In this document: positions 22,746 through 36,658 of the stretch, piece by piece
Layout of the letters: every line of letters begins with the position of its first letter
How positions within the stretch are numbered: the stretch's first letter is position 1
Assembly: GCA_965655095.1 (NCBI GenBank)
Contig: OZ296650.1
Location: 26,040,001 to 26,104,000, forward strand
Source of the DNA: Haplodiscus bocki
Taxonomy: Eukaryota
Direction of reading: 5' to 3'
DNA length: 64,000 nt
The notes under the pieces: generated by a model
The model's database searches: none
What the model saw: the letters and a program-made list of their open reading frames with translations, nothing else
Told to the model about the DNA's origin: nothing
Made by a program: the position numbers and the translations under genes

Positions 22746-25201
22746 TTCGTAATTGTTTTCGCTCAATTTTTTTGCCCGTTTTGTTGGTTTTTTCAAAACT
22801 TTGTGAATACTGTATACATAAATTTTTCAAATAAAGCTGCACCATGTACCATGTTTTCATCAATAATCTAAACATCATCAAGCGGATAGGAGTTCAAATT
22901 TTTTTTATAGAAATTGTTACCCGTTTTTCCTTTGCACGTCTGTCACTTCCCGTGTTTTCTTTGGCTCACCTTTTTTGATTACAATTTCCTAAAAGTTTCT
23001 GTTATTTGATCGCGTATGCATTATTTTTAATATTGAAGTTGAACCATCACTTTAACATCCAGGTATTGAGGTTTAAATAGTACACATGCTTTCGCTAAGA
23101 TAAAGTTTAAATTCATGCTTTATGCTTCCAGTTTTAAGTGTTACACCAGTTAACTTTTTGTACCACTTGAACTTAGGACTTCAATGCATGTTTTCAATTA
23201 TATACACTTTTTCCGAAATTAATAGATATTGAGATATATACAATTAGAAAGACAAAAAGGTTCAAAATTTGAGCTGTTATTGGCTGGTTAGGATAGCCCG
23301 GTACAGTAACAAAAAGCTTGTGTATTTAACGGTGGCGAATGACTCGCTATTTTTTTGACACATTAGCAAAGTTATTGAGGCAAGCTTGCAACCACTTCAA
23401 TGAAAAATGCTCCGTGATTTATTTGCAAACAATCCATGCGATTGCTTCAAAAACCCTGAAATTTCAAACTTAGAGCAACCATTTTCATTTCTAATCTTGT
23501 TGAAGTTTTTTTGCTGTTTTGAAACTTGCCAATTGTTCAATTCTTTTTCGAAATAAAATGTCATCATGACCATCAAGTATTTCTCTGATTGTATATCAAA
23601 AATGTTTGCGTACTTTTAATTTGATCAAGGGTTTTCTAAGGACAGTGGCCTTATCAATTTCAATTGCTCTGACATTCTTTGCTATTCTTTTCATATTCTA
23701 TGGTTTTCTCAAATAATTTTGAGGTTCAAACGTATGCTTGCTCGCAAGAGATGGTTTGGTGTCACAATGATCGAAGTAAAATTTCTAGGAAAGGGAATGA
23801 TTCAAATTTTCTTCAAGTTCAACAGTGTGGAATAGTTTTTAGGTTGGCAATTTTCAATTTCAATAATTTTTATCCTAAATTTTAGGAACAGAACTCTCTA
23901 TAACTAAAGAAGATTTCAAGAAACTTCGATTTTTACAATTTTCCATTCATTCAAAATTCTTCCAAGTTCCAACATTTTAGGATTCCAATTTGCATATAAG
24001 TTCCTAAGAAACTTTATTTCAGTGGGAATTGTAGCTCGGGGGTTTTGAAACCAGATGTATTGCTTGAAGCCTTTTTCTAATTTTCGGAGGCTATTGATAA
24101 AAGTACTAATATTTGTGTAAACGAAAACATTTTCTGCAAATATTATCACACTATCCTTCCCTTTTCTTGTAGCATCTTTTGTCCTATTTTGCTAATTTAT
24201 CAAAACTGCCATTTATTCCGATGATTGCTTACTTTGATTAAATTTCCTCCAAAGTAACAGGTAGGTAAATATGAATTGTTATTCCCTAGTCTAGTCCAGC
24301 CGGATTTCAGTTTCTAAATTGTTGTCCCTGCCTTATCATAATAATTGACTGGAAATTCTCAAGGACACTGAAGCTATAAATACAAAACTAATTTCTACCT
24401 CTGGCATCATTCTTGTCCATGTTTTTGTGCCAAAGAGAACTTAATTTATGAAGTGTGTCAATTGGTATGCCCCTAACGATGTATACTTACAACACATGCA
24501 GGTGTGGTTCGCGTTCAGAAGAACACTAAACCCTTATTTTTAGGATACAGACTGTTTAAATTTGTTTTAAGTTTCCTAAGAGACCCCTCGTACGAGCGTG
24601 CGTTGGGTTGAAGCTTACTGTAAGAAACTCGGAAAGGATTTTAAAACATGATAATTGGAAAACTTGATTATCGAGGTCAATGAAAAAGGCATTAAATCGA
24701 TTGCAACGAACTTTGGATTCAGATTTTATCTTTTTATAATAAATTCTCTTTAGACCAAATCACCATCCCCGAAATGGGGTTCAAGTGCCGCCGACGAACA
24801 GCGATGACCCAGGTTTTGATATTTACCAGCGATGGTACAGATAGCAGATATTTTGAAAGTTCCGGTTCAGATCAGGGCTGTTTGACAGCTGAATCACCAC
24901 AGTTTACAATTATTAACAATTTCCGCGCTTTAAATTTGCTATTAAGTTCAAGTTGCATTTCTCTTAGAAATTGATGCTTCAGTGATGTTTCAGAGCTGCC
25001 CAAAGACCATCAAATAATGCACAGCGCAATATCAGTACTGGTCACGGCTGATTATTCCTCATTTAAGGCAAATCAGGGTCAACCCGGGCAACACTGAACG
25101 CTTTGTTTCGAATTTAATTTTCAACGCGCTGATCGTCATTGAAGGTAATTACTTTCAGCAACTTGAAAATCAACTTTGAATGACAGCTGATGCCTTTACT
25201 A

Positions 25202-26264
25202 CCGTATTTTCTCGAATATAAGACCTCTCTATAAACAGATTTTCATCGTGAAAAAAGAGGCCTTATTGTCAGAGCAGAAGACTAAGATGAGAAATATTAC
25301 CGATCTTCGAATTTCATCTAATTCTTCCAAAAAAATTTACGACTAGAAAAATGTGAACAATTGCGTCCCAAAATTTCAAACACTTGTATTTTATTCAACA
25401 AAAAAGTGGGATATTCAACAATTTTAGTAAAATATGCGCTAGGGTGTTGGAGATAGTAGTGGAAAGTCTCAAAAGCCACTCTATTCCAAGCTAGAAAATT
25501 TTCCTAAAACTCAGGACAAGTCTCCTATTTAAATTTTGCGACTGTTGCCTTCCTACACTTTAGCAAAGGTCGTCTCAGGCGTGAGTTCGAAAGGAAGGTC
25601 TTTTCTATAATTAACTGCTCAATAGTACTTCACTGGGTTCAATCTGTCTTTGTTGTGAAATGGCTGGAGTGAATTCACGTGTCTTCTGACATCTGATCTG
25701 AGGTGGTTGGGAGCGCATCAAAACGGCAAATTTTGTCCGCTATATATACTAAATTTCGTTCACTCGGGAGCCAATCAGAATGAGAAACGCAATGGATTCG
25801 CTCCGAGTATGACGTCAAGTCACGTGCCCAGTCACGTGACTTTGGATTCATCAGTATCCATAATGTTAAAACACACATGACGTCAAATGACGTCAGATGA
25901 CGTTATCATCTCGGGAGTTGATTCTATTGCTTCGGTAGATGACGTTATTGTCCATGTAAGGTAGGTGAGAGAGTAATGGCGGCTGTCGTTTTCAAGTGGT
26001 TGTAAACAAATGTTGGACATGTTCGAACTTGTGAATCGGAAGTTAAAATGGCGAATACAATATATTATAGTTTTAAGTTTTAGTTTTTGAAAGTTTTTGT
26101 TTTTCTTTTTCTCTTTGCCGTATGTCGAACACGACATTTTGACGTTGCATTATTTCACTTGATGGAAATATGGAATGTGTAGAAGGGTTTCATAGCCTGA
26201 ACTAATTTTTTTGATAACATGTCAGGAACAATCAGGGAGTCTTATTATAATCGGGGAAATACGG
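25202..26264. mobile_element. pogo/Tigger-type (Tc1-mariner superfamily) non-autonomous element
   Basis: Left ta|ccgtattttctcgaatataagac and right gtcttattataatcggggaaatacgg|tta form imperfect CCGTA-type TIRs with TA-like flanks. Confidence 0.6.
25741..25947 (-). promoter_or_regulatory. Pol II promoter-like motif cluster (CRE x5, E-box x2, CCAAT, TATA)
   Basis: TGACGTCA at 25810, 25878 and 25888; TGACGTTA at 25898 and 25940; GTCACGTG at 25819; GTCACGTGAC at 25831; agCCAATcag at 25771; TATATATA at 25741-25748. Confidence 0.55.
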
Positions 26265-27782
26265 TTATAATATATTGCTTAAACAGGCTGTGAATGCCAT
26301 TGAAAGGGTAAAATCGAAAACATTTTGGCACAAACTTAATAGTTTCGCTATTTCTTTTCGTTCGGCCAAGGATTATTGGTTGTGGAAGGAAAATAAGTCG
26401 CCATGGAAAGCGCTGACAAAGCTAACAAGATTCGAAGTATTCGGAAACAAATTTGTTTAGTTGATGTTTCCTGTTTTGAAGGAAATATTCACGCATTTTG
26501 CCTCATGGTTGTTTTTGTCTTCTTGTAACATTAGATTTTCCTGCTTGCTGTCAATTTTGAGTGATCTGAATCTTAATTGCAGATCTCTTGTCGAAATGCG
26601 CTCAAGATAAAGAAAAACAAATTGCTCGGCTACAACGGGGGTTTTTTGCTTCGTTGTTTAAAGTGCGTTTTAGAAAAAAAATAGATTCTACAGCAATTTC
26701 ATTACTTCTCTTCAAACAATAGGTCCTGAAAAGCATTTTAGAAAATATTAGAATAATTTTTCAAAGTGAAAACTGCCCACTTTTGCAAGAATTATGCAAT
26801 TGACAAGTTTATGAAAAGTCATGTGGCGAGCAATTTGTTTTTCTTTTTTAAACTATGGCGCCAAATAATAATCTCTAACATCGCCAGACGCCTTTTGAAT
26901 TTCTGAAAAGAATTTCCACGAATCTTAATATAACACAAAACGATCCCTGGGAATGTTTTGAGACTTACTGGCAGGCTGACTGAGACTGTTTTTATTTTGC
27001 TGCTTCAAAAATAATTCTGGAGCTTTTGGGATATTTAATGGGATATCTTTCCGCTGCCCTGAAGGAACAAAGTTGATGCTGCCCAGTTGATTTTTATCAA
27101 AACTGATTGAAAAATTGGCACAGTTTTAAAAAATAAAACAGGTCAAGTTTATTCGCTGATTAAGTAATTTGGCTAAATAGCCAAATAAGTTGGCCCTAAT
27201 TTAATATTTCTGACGAAGTTTGTTCTTGGTCCGAAGCTGGTTTTTGGTCCGAATTTGACTTTGGTGCAATTTGTCCTGGAACCAGTGTAAAAAACTGGCC
27301 GAAAACGAAATTGCAGAAATGTCCCTTCTCAAAATTTTTTACCCCAATTATCATCTATTAATTTAATATTCTCTGCCCGCATTTTACATACGGAAAGAAA
27401 ACCATTCATTTAATATTTACATGAAATTAACCGACTGCAAGATTTTGGTCTTACAACAGTTCAATCTCTAAAATGTTTCAATTTCAACGCACAATTCGAT
27501 TAAAATGGTAACATTTCGTGTTTCCTTTCTGGGTAAGAAAGATATTAAAATAGCCGCAAAGCGCATCCTAAAAAAATTGTAATTTGGGAATAAACATGTT
27601 TCTAATGCGAAATTCACTTTTTTGGATGATGGCGCCAATTTGGACTATTACTGGCTTCGTTCTTGGTTAACCAAAGAAAGAAGCATTCATTTAATTTGAA
27701 GCGATTGATTTCCAGTCAAATTAATTTGCGAGGTTTTCGCTTTAAATTTTTGCGATCAGTTTGTTTGGCGACCAGTATACTC

Positions 27783-28362
27783 TGCGACGAGTTTTCCGCC
27801 CTCTAATTTTCGACGAGTTGAATGCGACGAGTTTTCCGCCCTCTAATTTTCGACGAGTTGAATGCGACGAGTTTTCCGCCCTCTAATTTTCGACGAGTTG
27901 AATGCGACGAGTTTTCCGCCCTCTAATTTTCGACGAGTTGAATGCGACGAGTTTTCCGCCCTCTAATTTTCGACGAGTTGAATGCGACGAGTTTTCCGCC
28001 CTCTAATTTTCGACGAGTTGAATGCGACGAGTTTTCCGCCCTCTAATTTTCGACGAGTTGAATGCGACGAGTTTTTCGCCCTCTAATTTTCGACGAGTTG
28101 AATGCGACGAGTTTTCCGCCCTCTAATTTTCGACGAGTTGAATGCGACGATTTTTCCGCCCTCTAATTTTCGACGAGTTGAATGCGACGAGTTTTCCGCC
28201 CTCTAATTTTCGACGAGTTGAATGCGACGAGTTTTCCGCCCTCTAATTTTCGACGAGTTGAATGCGACGAGTTTTCCGCCCTCTAATTTTCGACGAGTTG
28301 AATGCGACGAGTTTTCCGCCCTCTAATTTTCGACGAGTTGAATGCGACAACTTTTCTGCTTA
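27783..28362. repeat. 40-bp minisatellite, 14 full copies plus a partial
   Basis: Unit tgcgacgagttttccgccctctaattttcgacgagttgaa. Only two single-base variants seen (~28076, 28151). Confidence 0.97.
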
Positions 28363-28523
28363 CCAAAAAACCACCTTTTTTCTTTAATTTTCGATCATAA
28401 TTCGGATGGAGCAATAATTCGATTCTGATCAGGTTCATTGCAAAGATTATTATTTTTGGCGTTTTTTGAGAATAGCATCAAAAAAGCTTCTTATTTAAAT
28501 CTGTTTGCTATAATGTAAAATTT

Positions 28524-29064
28524 TTATAAAATTCTCAAGACTAAAGAACTTTTTGCTTTCTGTTGTCGACTAAAATTGCAGAGTGGAGTGTTTAAAAAGA
28601 AATTAATGGAAAATTTTTCCACATTAGCAAATTGGACGTCTATTTGATAGAGCTCTTGACAGACAAAGTTCTGCAAACTGTTTCCCAACGAATCAATTTG
28701 TGCTATTAGTTGAATCAGTTCATTCATCTTTTCAATAACAATTGACGCCGTTTCTGTGTCAGCTGTGGAATGGAGAGAGTGTCCTATTAAATTTTTGAAA
28801 ACTGACAAAATCGAAAAGATTGGTGCAATTAAAAGCAAGCATTTCATCATGGTACCAATTTTTCTTAGTAGAAAATCATTTTCTTTTAATTGAGGCTGCA
28901 AAAATCTGTGTTTTTTGAGCTTTCACAATATTTTGTGATGAATGTATGTTTCGGTTTTGACAAAAACTCAAAGTTATCTGATTGCACAAATACAAAACGC
29001 ATCCAATAATTAGTTGTTTTTCTAAATTTGGGGCACTCCACATGAAAATTTCAAGAGGTGGCAT
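28524..29064 (-). pseudogene. Possible decayed RhoGEF DH-domain (SOS-like) fragment
   Basis: LLRKIG...CLLLIAPIFSILSVFKNL...DTE resembles SOS DH YLQSIG...RLLLAPVYHCLHYFELL...DKE (from memory). The frame changes near 28890. Confidence 0.25.
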
Positions 29065-29739
29065 TTTTCTGATGAGAAGAACTCCTAATCATAAATAAAT
29101 TATTCAGAAAGGTCTGGATAAAATCAACTTCGATGTAACGTTCATTCAGGCTCTATTTTAAAAATTGATTAAATTTCATTTGCTTGTCCACTTTTTCCGC
29201 ACCCACTCCAATTTCCATCTACAGTAGTTGGTTTGTTACCAAATGAACTTCACAAGAGTATGCGGAACTCGTCCCCCCACCCACACATTGCCAAAAGTTT
29301 ATCCGAATCGAATTTTCAGTGGATAACAAAAACATTTCTCAAGGTTTTTCCACATATTTGAAGGAATGTTGGAATGTTGAGGGGGGAGGGGGTTAAGAGC
29401 TGAGTGTGGTACCTGTGATTTGATATGTTTACAGGGAGGACGCTTGATTCAAAAAGATCGCAATTCTTGAGACTGCAAAATCTGCAGATGTATTTGAGAT
29501 ATACGTACAGATGTGAGGACCATTTGATGGCATAGATATTGGTTTAGAATTTTTCAGGCCCCGTAATTGAAATTCTCCATTCAGACATTTTCTTACTACA
29601 TACTCTCTCTGAAAATCTTTGGACCAAAAACTTGCATGAATTAACATAAAATCGAAATTAGGTCGCTCATTGTTTTGTTCTGCAATAATTACATGAAAAT
29701 TTTGAGTCGTTTCTAGGCAAATTCTTTGTTTGTTGGTAT

Positions 29740-30120
29740 TGTCCGATTAAGAGTCTTTGAACAAGTAAAAAATACATTGCTAAAAAAATCCTTGCTCATT
29801 ACTATCAACATAAACGAAAACAGTGCTATGTCAATAGATGTATGTTTGATAAGTTTCAAACACTGACAATTATTGTACCGAAACCTTCAGGAGCTAATTT
29901 AACAACGGACAACAAATGATCCGGTACATGACCACGAAACACCCTCATTTCCCCGGGCCTTCTGCAGTTTTTAGGTCCAACAATGCGCGTTCGATTCCAG
30001 AGAGGAGGAAACGATGTCTTCATGGATTGATGATATTACGCAACACTTAGGTCTAGCCTTCAGCTCTTGAAAACCTAGTGTTTCAACATAAAACAAGTGG
30101 TGGTACAAGCCGTTTGACTG
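29740..30120 (+). pseudogene. 3' end of an RTE-clade LINE
   Basis: Fragments RLRVFEQ...KKIL, K*SG/HMT and RGG..SSWIDDITQHLGL...NKW match the RTE C-terminus (FE..CLRRIL, WxGH, RGRP..W.DDI...LGL). Confidence 0.55.
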
Positions 30121-31129
30121 CTCAGCATGTCAAAAATATTCCAGATATGTGACTTCGAACTTTTCATGGGTGATGATGAAATCCAAAATTCAAGAAAGAC
30201 CGAGACTGAAGGTTTCCATTAGATATGCATGTAACTTTTTGCATATTTTTGTTGCAATTATTCGAGTCTTCACGATATTGAATCGAGTGGTATTCGAATT
30301 TGGGAATGAATTGGGGAAAAAACCTTTTGAGAGGTTGCATAGTAACCCTGTTATCACTCTAATATTGCTTATTATCAATATTGAATAAAATTTATCAGAC
30401 ATTTTCCTGGATGACGCAGATCTGTTTAGTAGTTAATGAATTAAATTTTTACACAAGCACAAAATGAAACGAGAAAGATAAGATTTTTAATAACATAATT
30501 CTTAATCTCATTTGCATTCTCGGTGTTACTCCAAATTCTCGCTATGGCCAGCATTTGCTAATATTTGCAACGAAACACTTCAATCTTTGCCTCGGATACT
30601 TGTAGAGGCATCACATGAATGTTTCCAGAAAACTCGCATAAATTATTTCATTTTCTTCGACAGTGCAAGTGTTCAAGCCGTTTCTTGGATGAATATCTGA
30701 GATATCTTTAGTTTTTTTTGGAAAACCGAGGAAGAAATGTCATTTCGAAAAGAGTAATGATATTAAAGCTTTTTGTTTCTTTTTATATAATGCTTTTTTG
30801 CCCAGATAAGAATATTCATCTCTTCTATTCCATTCAGTTCATTTAAAAGCTTACTAAAAAATTATTAATTGAAGATAAAGCAACTTTCTTTCAAAATACC
30901 TGAAAAAACTGACTTCCAAAAAAAGAAATAATTTGTGATCACGTTGCAATCTCTGACCTCGTTAAAACGAAGTTTGAAACAATGCTACGCTAAAGAAACA
31001 AAATGGAATTAGGGGTTTTTAATTGGAATGTACCAGACAACCACACCTATACCGACAAAATTAACCTGTAGTCCAGTAGGATTATTCCATTTTTATCCGT
31101 TTCTGGTTCGCCTCCAAATAGAAGTGGAA

Positions 31130-33180
31130 AATGCAGGAAGTGAAATCTATTCCAACACTATTTTTATGCTATTTTTACTCTAGCGATGCAAAGAATTTTG
31201 GAGCCTTCGATTACTTCGCTAGGACAAACATGGTAAAAGCAACTTACTCCGTCCAAACATCCGAACCTAGAAAACGCGCGCAAGTAACCGGGCTGGGCCG
31301 TAACAGACGTTTGGCGCTCGACCAGTCTGGGGAAAAATAAATGAAGAAACATGCACAAGCCATTACAACCAGCAATACCCCAGATGGTGTGAAGAAGCTG
31401 TGAAATCAGAAGTTTCAAAAAAAACCAAACAAGCGTAGACTTGTGTAACGAATCAAATACACAATGGTGCAGCTAACGGAGGTGCCGGCGAACACTGTGC
31501 AGCAGTAGGCGCAGATTCAGTTGCCCCTCGCAACCAAATCTGCGCAAGAAGTTTTTAATTACCGAAATTGGATGAAAAACGGGTCAAGATTTTTAACCGG
31601 TATACAATGGTAATTACGGTCAATTAACGGTCCGCAAGTGAATGATCATATATCATCTTCGTTTTTGTTAGCAGTTATTACGTAATAAAAAGCCTCAGAA
31701 GCAATTCTTTTTTCACTAAACACACATATTCTGGGACTATGTACCATTCAACGGTAAACGTTTCAAGGACGACAATCAAAAACCAAAAACAAAGGTACCG
31801 TATAAAACCTTATGGCGACACTACAAATTTTCCTGGATTCGCAAATGCTCTCCTGCCACTCATTTTGGAAGTTGACACTGGTTTAATATCGCGGAACTTA
31901 TAAGAATCCTCATAACTTCTAAGGGGGAAGATAGCAACAGAACTTTAGAAGCACGTGAAAGCCCAGTTTCGATACAGCAAATCAACACAAAAACATCCAT
32001 TTGCTCTGATGACTCCTTGGTACGAAAAACTACGAAACCGAGTAAAATGGTTCTTGAACCGTGGACAAAAAACTGAGAAGGGATTTGCTTGACAAACACA
32101 AATACTCCCCGTAACAAAAGGCATCATGCGCAACGTTTCTACGTTTCTCATGCGACCCGCCGCACTGAACTGTTACGGTTCAAATACTTGCGTTCCGAAC
32201 TGAAAAGTTACTTGAAGGCCAAGAACATCGAGAGAGAGGCGGAGGCGAAAACAACCCCAATAAAAGTACCACTGAGAAAGCTGGCTATTGCAAATTTAAT
32301 CCGTCGTGCACAGATACATGCGCTCTGATTCTTTCTTCCTTTCGAAAACCAACTTTCTCTCATTAAATGTTCCAGTCTCGAGATAAACATTAGAATTCAC
32401 AAACGAGTGAAAAATTGCAACACGAACAACGTAGGCGTCACGAGTTACGTGGATCTCTCAATCAGAGGAAAAACAGTTGCCAGTGAAAAAAGCTCTTGAA
32501 AATCACAAAGAAAAACAAACTTCGAAGACCATAAAATTTATGTATTGTTCATATTCGTCCTGCCCAATAAGGTGTACAGGAGCATTATAACCAAAAAGTG
32601 TCACTGGGCAACAAAACCTTGTGTTCAACAAAAGATGTTCGGGAAAACTTTGAGCATAGATTCCACCGAAAAGTTTAATTTTTTGCGACCTCTGCTTTTC
32701 TACACACTGCTGCGCGCTGAAAAAATTGATACCAAGATGCAGGCTGTGGTCACCATACCCATCATCTGCATTTTAACTGATTGGTTAAGGGGAGCCCAGC
32801 ACTAAGCCTAAGCACAGAGAAAAGTAACGCGCCAGAAATTCCAATCCAAAATTGATTCAAACAGATTCTTTCTTGTTTTTACGTCCGCCCACTCTTGCAC
32901 TGCCCGAAAGATGCCCTTCAAGTCCTGACTAGAATTGCTTAGTCATGTTAATTCACAATGTGGACGGCGACAGGAGAAAATCTATCAAGTTCCAGACTCG
33001 TTTTTCTCAAATTTTGAGCAGCGTCTTTGCAATAATTCTTAGCGTTCAGCACTGTTCAGTCCCAGAGCTCACATTGGAAACAAAATTTTTGAATACGTTC
33101 CCCCAGCGGAATCTCATCACTGATTGTGTTCGGATCCTGTGGCGTCGGATGAAGTTATTACTTGCAACAGGAACTGCATG
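31130..33180 (+). mobile_element. Degenerate BEL/Pao LTR retrotransposon pol
   Basis: Colinear remnants: RAQVT/GWAVT (P.A..T.LGW), SLNTHILG (SLND.L..GP), FYVSHA...YLR...AK..PIK...KL (RNase H/peptidase A17), RSDS, RH...DLSIRG (NPAD..SRG), LRPLL..LLR..PII, and VPELTLETKFLNTF (integrase). Confidence 0.6.
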
Positions 33181-36100
33181 ACTTAACTGAAATTATTGTT
33201 TGTCCACATTCCACAGTTCGCGGCATTCCACGTGCTTTTAGAATTAAATTTTCGGAAACATTCTGTTCAAATGTTCCAAAAAGCTGATGGCGGAAATGTT
33301 GAAACTTTTCGGTAATGCTTTCAGTTTGTTGCCTGAGATTATCATCACAATCTGTGTTGAAAAAAACTTTTGAACACAAGGCTGGTTAATATCTGTCCTC
33401 GACCGTTTGGTTGTAGATATTTCCGTGACATTTTGGTTGAAGAAACAAAAACAAACATTTTCCGGATGTTCGAATTTGAGTACGCTGGAAGGTTCTCTTT
33501 TTCAGTTAGTACCGGCCTAATGAAAAACTTCCTTTAGCCAACTTGTCGAATTGTTACGGTTGAAGACAGTATCCTTAACTTTGAACAAAGTTTATGTCTT
33601 AGCGTTGGAGTGACCTTTGGTAGACCATGGACGGATTTGCAAAACCCGATTTCATTTCTTCCCAACCATGTATTGGGTCAGGTTTTAGGCAGGAGTGCGC
33701 CAACCACATTCCACCCTACTTGGCTCGCAGAATCGAAATATTGGTAATTTTCCATTTACTAACAGAGCATCGATTTATTCTCGACAACAAAAGTTTTTTT
33801 GAGAGCAAAGTAAAACGTTCAACGCTTCATTTGCCCAAGTTGAAAATTAACTAACTTTCTGATGATGCTCATTGATTGCAGTCTAAACTAACGCCAAAAA
33901 AATTTGATGACTGACTCCATAAACTTTTCCACGAGCTATAAGTTGTAGGAGAAGCATCTTTAATTCCCTCCCACGCCCTACTTTATGCCTATGATTCAAT
34001 TACGTCCTGCTTTGGAGGCCTTTAGGTCAGGAATGTTGTCAAACGATTTTTTTTCTAGTTCTGTGACGTCACCTTCGAGCTAATCTTCTCCGATGAGTGA
34101 CTTTTTGTCCATAGTGCAGCAGAAATTTGATGGACACATATGGTGATCACTCAATAATATGTGGAAGTTGCGGCGATAAAAAACTGCATCACAATGTTTT
34201 TCGAGCTTTTGTTCTCTAGGTCCAGATTTCTGCAAATCTTACACCGAATCGAGAATCTTCTTCAGTGCTCAAGTGCTCACGACCAAATCCTAACTGTTGA
34301 AGTTGTTTTATTGTCTTTTTTCCTTACATTCATTCTCTCCAACTTTTCGAAAGATCACCATTTTGAAGTACCTCGTTCAAGGAAAAAGATAGCAGAAAAA
34401 GGTGAGATTTCCTGAGAATCTGTTGCCGCATCGCCAATTGATCACAGAACATCTGAACGTTTTTTTTGAGCTGCGCAACCAAGCATGTTGTCTTCCAACC
34501 CATTCAAATTTTAGGCTATCAGCTGAGGAAAATACCAACCGGAACAATCCAGTTCGTGACATGATTTCGAGCAATGCTCATTAAATCTACCAGGGAAAAA
34601 TTCTTGATACACTCCCTCAGCGACTTCGATCTGCACCGCTGATTCCTTTAGAGCATCCTCCCACGATGGAAGCCCTTTTTGCTTATCAGCACGAAGCCGA
34701 CTTATGCTTCAGCTGGTACGCTAACGCTGACCAAGAGTTTGAACCACACGTTGTAATTTTTTTCGGTTGCACTCACCAAATTTTTGTCTACAACATTAAA
34801 TTGGAACCGCACTCAGAGCATGAAACAACGAAAAGTTTCTTTCTATTAGCTTTATCTGAACCTGAGTTTGTCCAACAATCTATGCAGAGTTTTGCGACGG
34901 TCGTGTCTGGTTTAAACATCTCAGATTTCGACCATTTTTGGTTTTCCAGACCGTCTGCTTGATGCAGCAGGCGTAAAATGCTGCTTTGATTTGTTTTCGA
35001 TCATGACGTTTTCCTAATAGAGTGTTCTTGGGCCATTTGCCATTAGTGTGCTTATTGCGTGGCGAAACGGAATCAAAAAAAAATTTTTGCTAACGAAACT
35101 TAATTGTGCAAAGAGAGGCGATCTTTGGGAGGGAAGTCGGTCCACCCGATGATTTTCCGCTGCTGAACATTACCTTGGATCGTCAGATGGATTTCCGTTT
35201 TTTCGAATGCTGAATATTCACTAGTTGATAAACTTAAAATTGAAATAACCTCTGAAGTTCCAAAAATGGCATGAAATAGTACTTTTGGTTTTTTTCTAGA
35301 AGAATTATGGTCCTGAACTACTGATTTTTCTTTTTTCTTCTCTATTTTCCATCTATTTGTCCATTGATATCCTTCTGTCATCGTTAGATTACTTCAAGCA
35401 GAGCCAATTTCCCAGTTTTTAATTAAGGTGTTAGAATCTCGAAGGCAAGAACCACAGAACATCCCTTTCTTGCATTCTTCGTAATCTTTCCTAAACTGGT
35501 GACTGCTTCACGCAATTCCTTCTGCATGAAAATATTCCCCGAAATCCCAAAGTCTTTTTGCTTCTAATCTGATACTTGACATCAAATATAATACTCAAGA
35601 TCATGTTGTTTTACCAATGCTCAATCAAAATGTCCATAAAAATCTCTTTCCTGGGTTTTTTGTTAGCTCCAAAAGAAATCTGAGCTGCTTCCAGAAACTG
35701 AATGGGTTTCACAACAGCTGAAGGATTTTCAGTTTTCAAGATTTTTTCAAGGAAAGAAGAAAAATTAATTGTATGAATGTGTTCAAAATCGAACAATTGA
35801 TAAAAAAGAACTACAGTAGTCACAGTCAACGAAGGCAGAGAAAGAACTTTTAAGCTCTTATAATCTTTGCCATTCGAAGCCAAAAAATGACGTGTCACAA
35901 GCGGTTCATAGGAAGCAACCATTTGTTTAAAGTGCTTGAAACATATGCGTGGAAAAAAAGAATAAAAATGGATAAAAGATCTAGGTTTTTGTCATAAGTC
36001 CATTCCTAGAAAAGTCTTTTACTCAACGTCCTAAAAAATTTTCATGGGTGTATTTAAACGCGAACCATTTTCTGATGCTATTTTCAACTGATTTCCTTTT

Positions 36101-36398
36101 GGTTACTCTGTGGTAATAAACCGAACGTAGTTGAGCCGATTCTTTTGTTGTGGTCTTGTATGTGCAAAAAACATCGTTTTCACGCATACATTAAAGTCGT
36201 GATCAGTATGTCAGTTGCTTGGAATTTCCATCAAAAACCTACATGACAAGCAGGTCAAGGACCATTAGATTTTTACACTTTAAAATTGTCTCGATCTGGA
36301 ACTCAGTTTTTTAGTCGGAGCTTTACAAATAAGTGAAAGTGCTCGAATATTACAGTGGCTAGTTTTCTATCACCGTGTATTCGACGAAATTGAAGAGG

Positions 36399-36658
36399 TG
36401 TTAGTAACGTAAATGGCGCAAGCGTTGTAAAAACAATGGAATGTAATGAAATGTACAACACAACCGATTGAGAGGGCAAAACTATATATTCGAGTTTGGT
36501 TACGTCGGAGGGAATTGATTTCCGTGGTTGGCGGGTGTTCCGGTTGTCCTGAGGATGTGCACCTAGTCTAAATCTGAGCTTGCTGCTTCACAAGACCGAA
36601 GATAAAAGTTTTAATTTTTTTTAATCAATACAGTTTCGAGTGAATATTAGCTACAACA
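36399..36658 (+). mobile_element. Candidate LTR (TG...CA, 260 bp), possibly followed by decayed gag at ~37250-38400
   Basis: tgttagtaac...ctacaaca with an internal TATA-like tatatat and a polyA-like aataca. No TSD or clear PBS found. Confidence 0.35.

Noticed and set aside
27783-28362. CRISPR array
   Set aside because: Units are identical end to end with no unique spacers; no cas genes; eukaryotic context.
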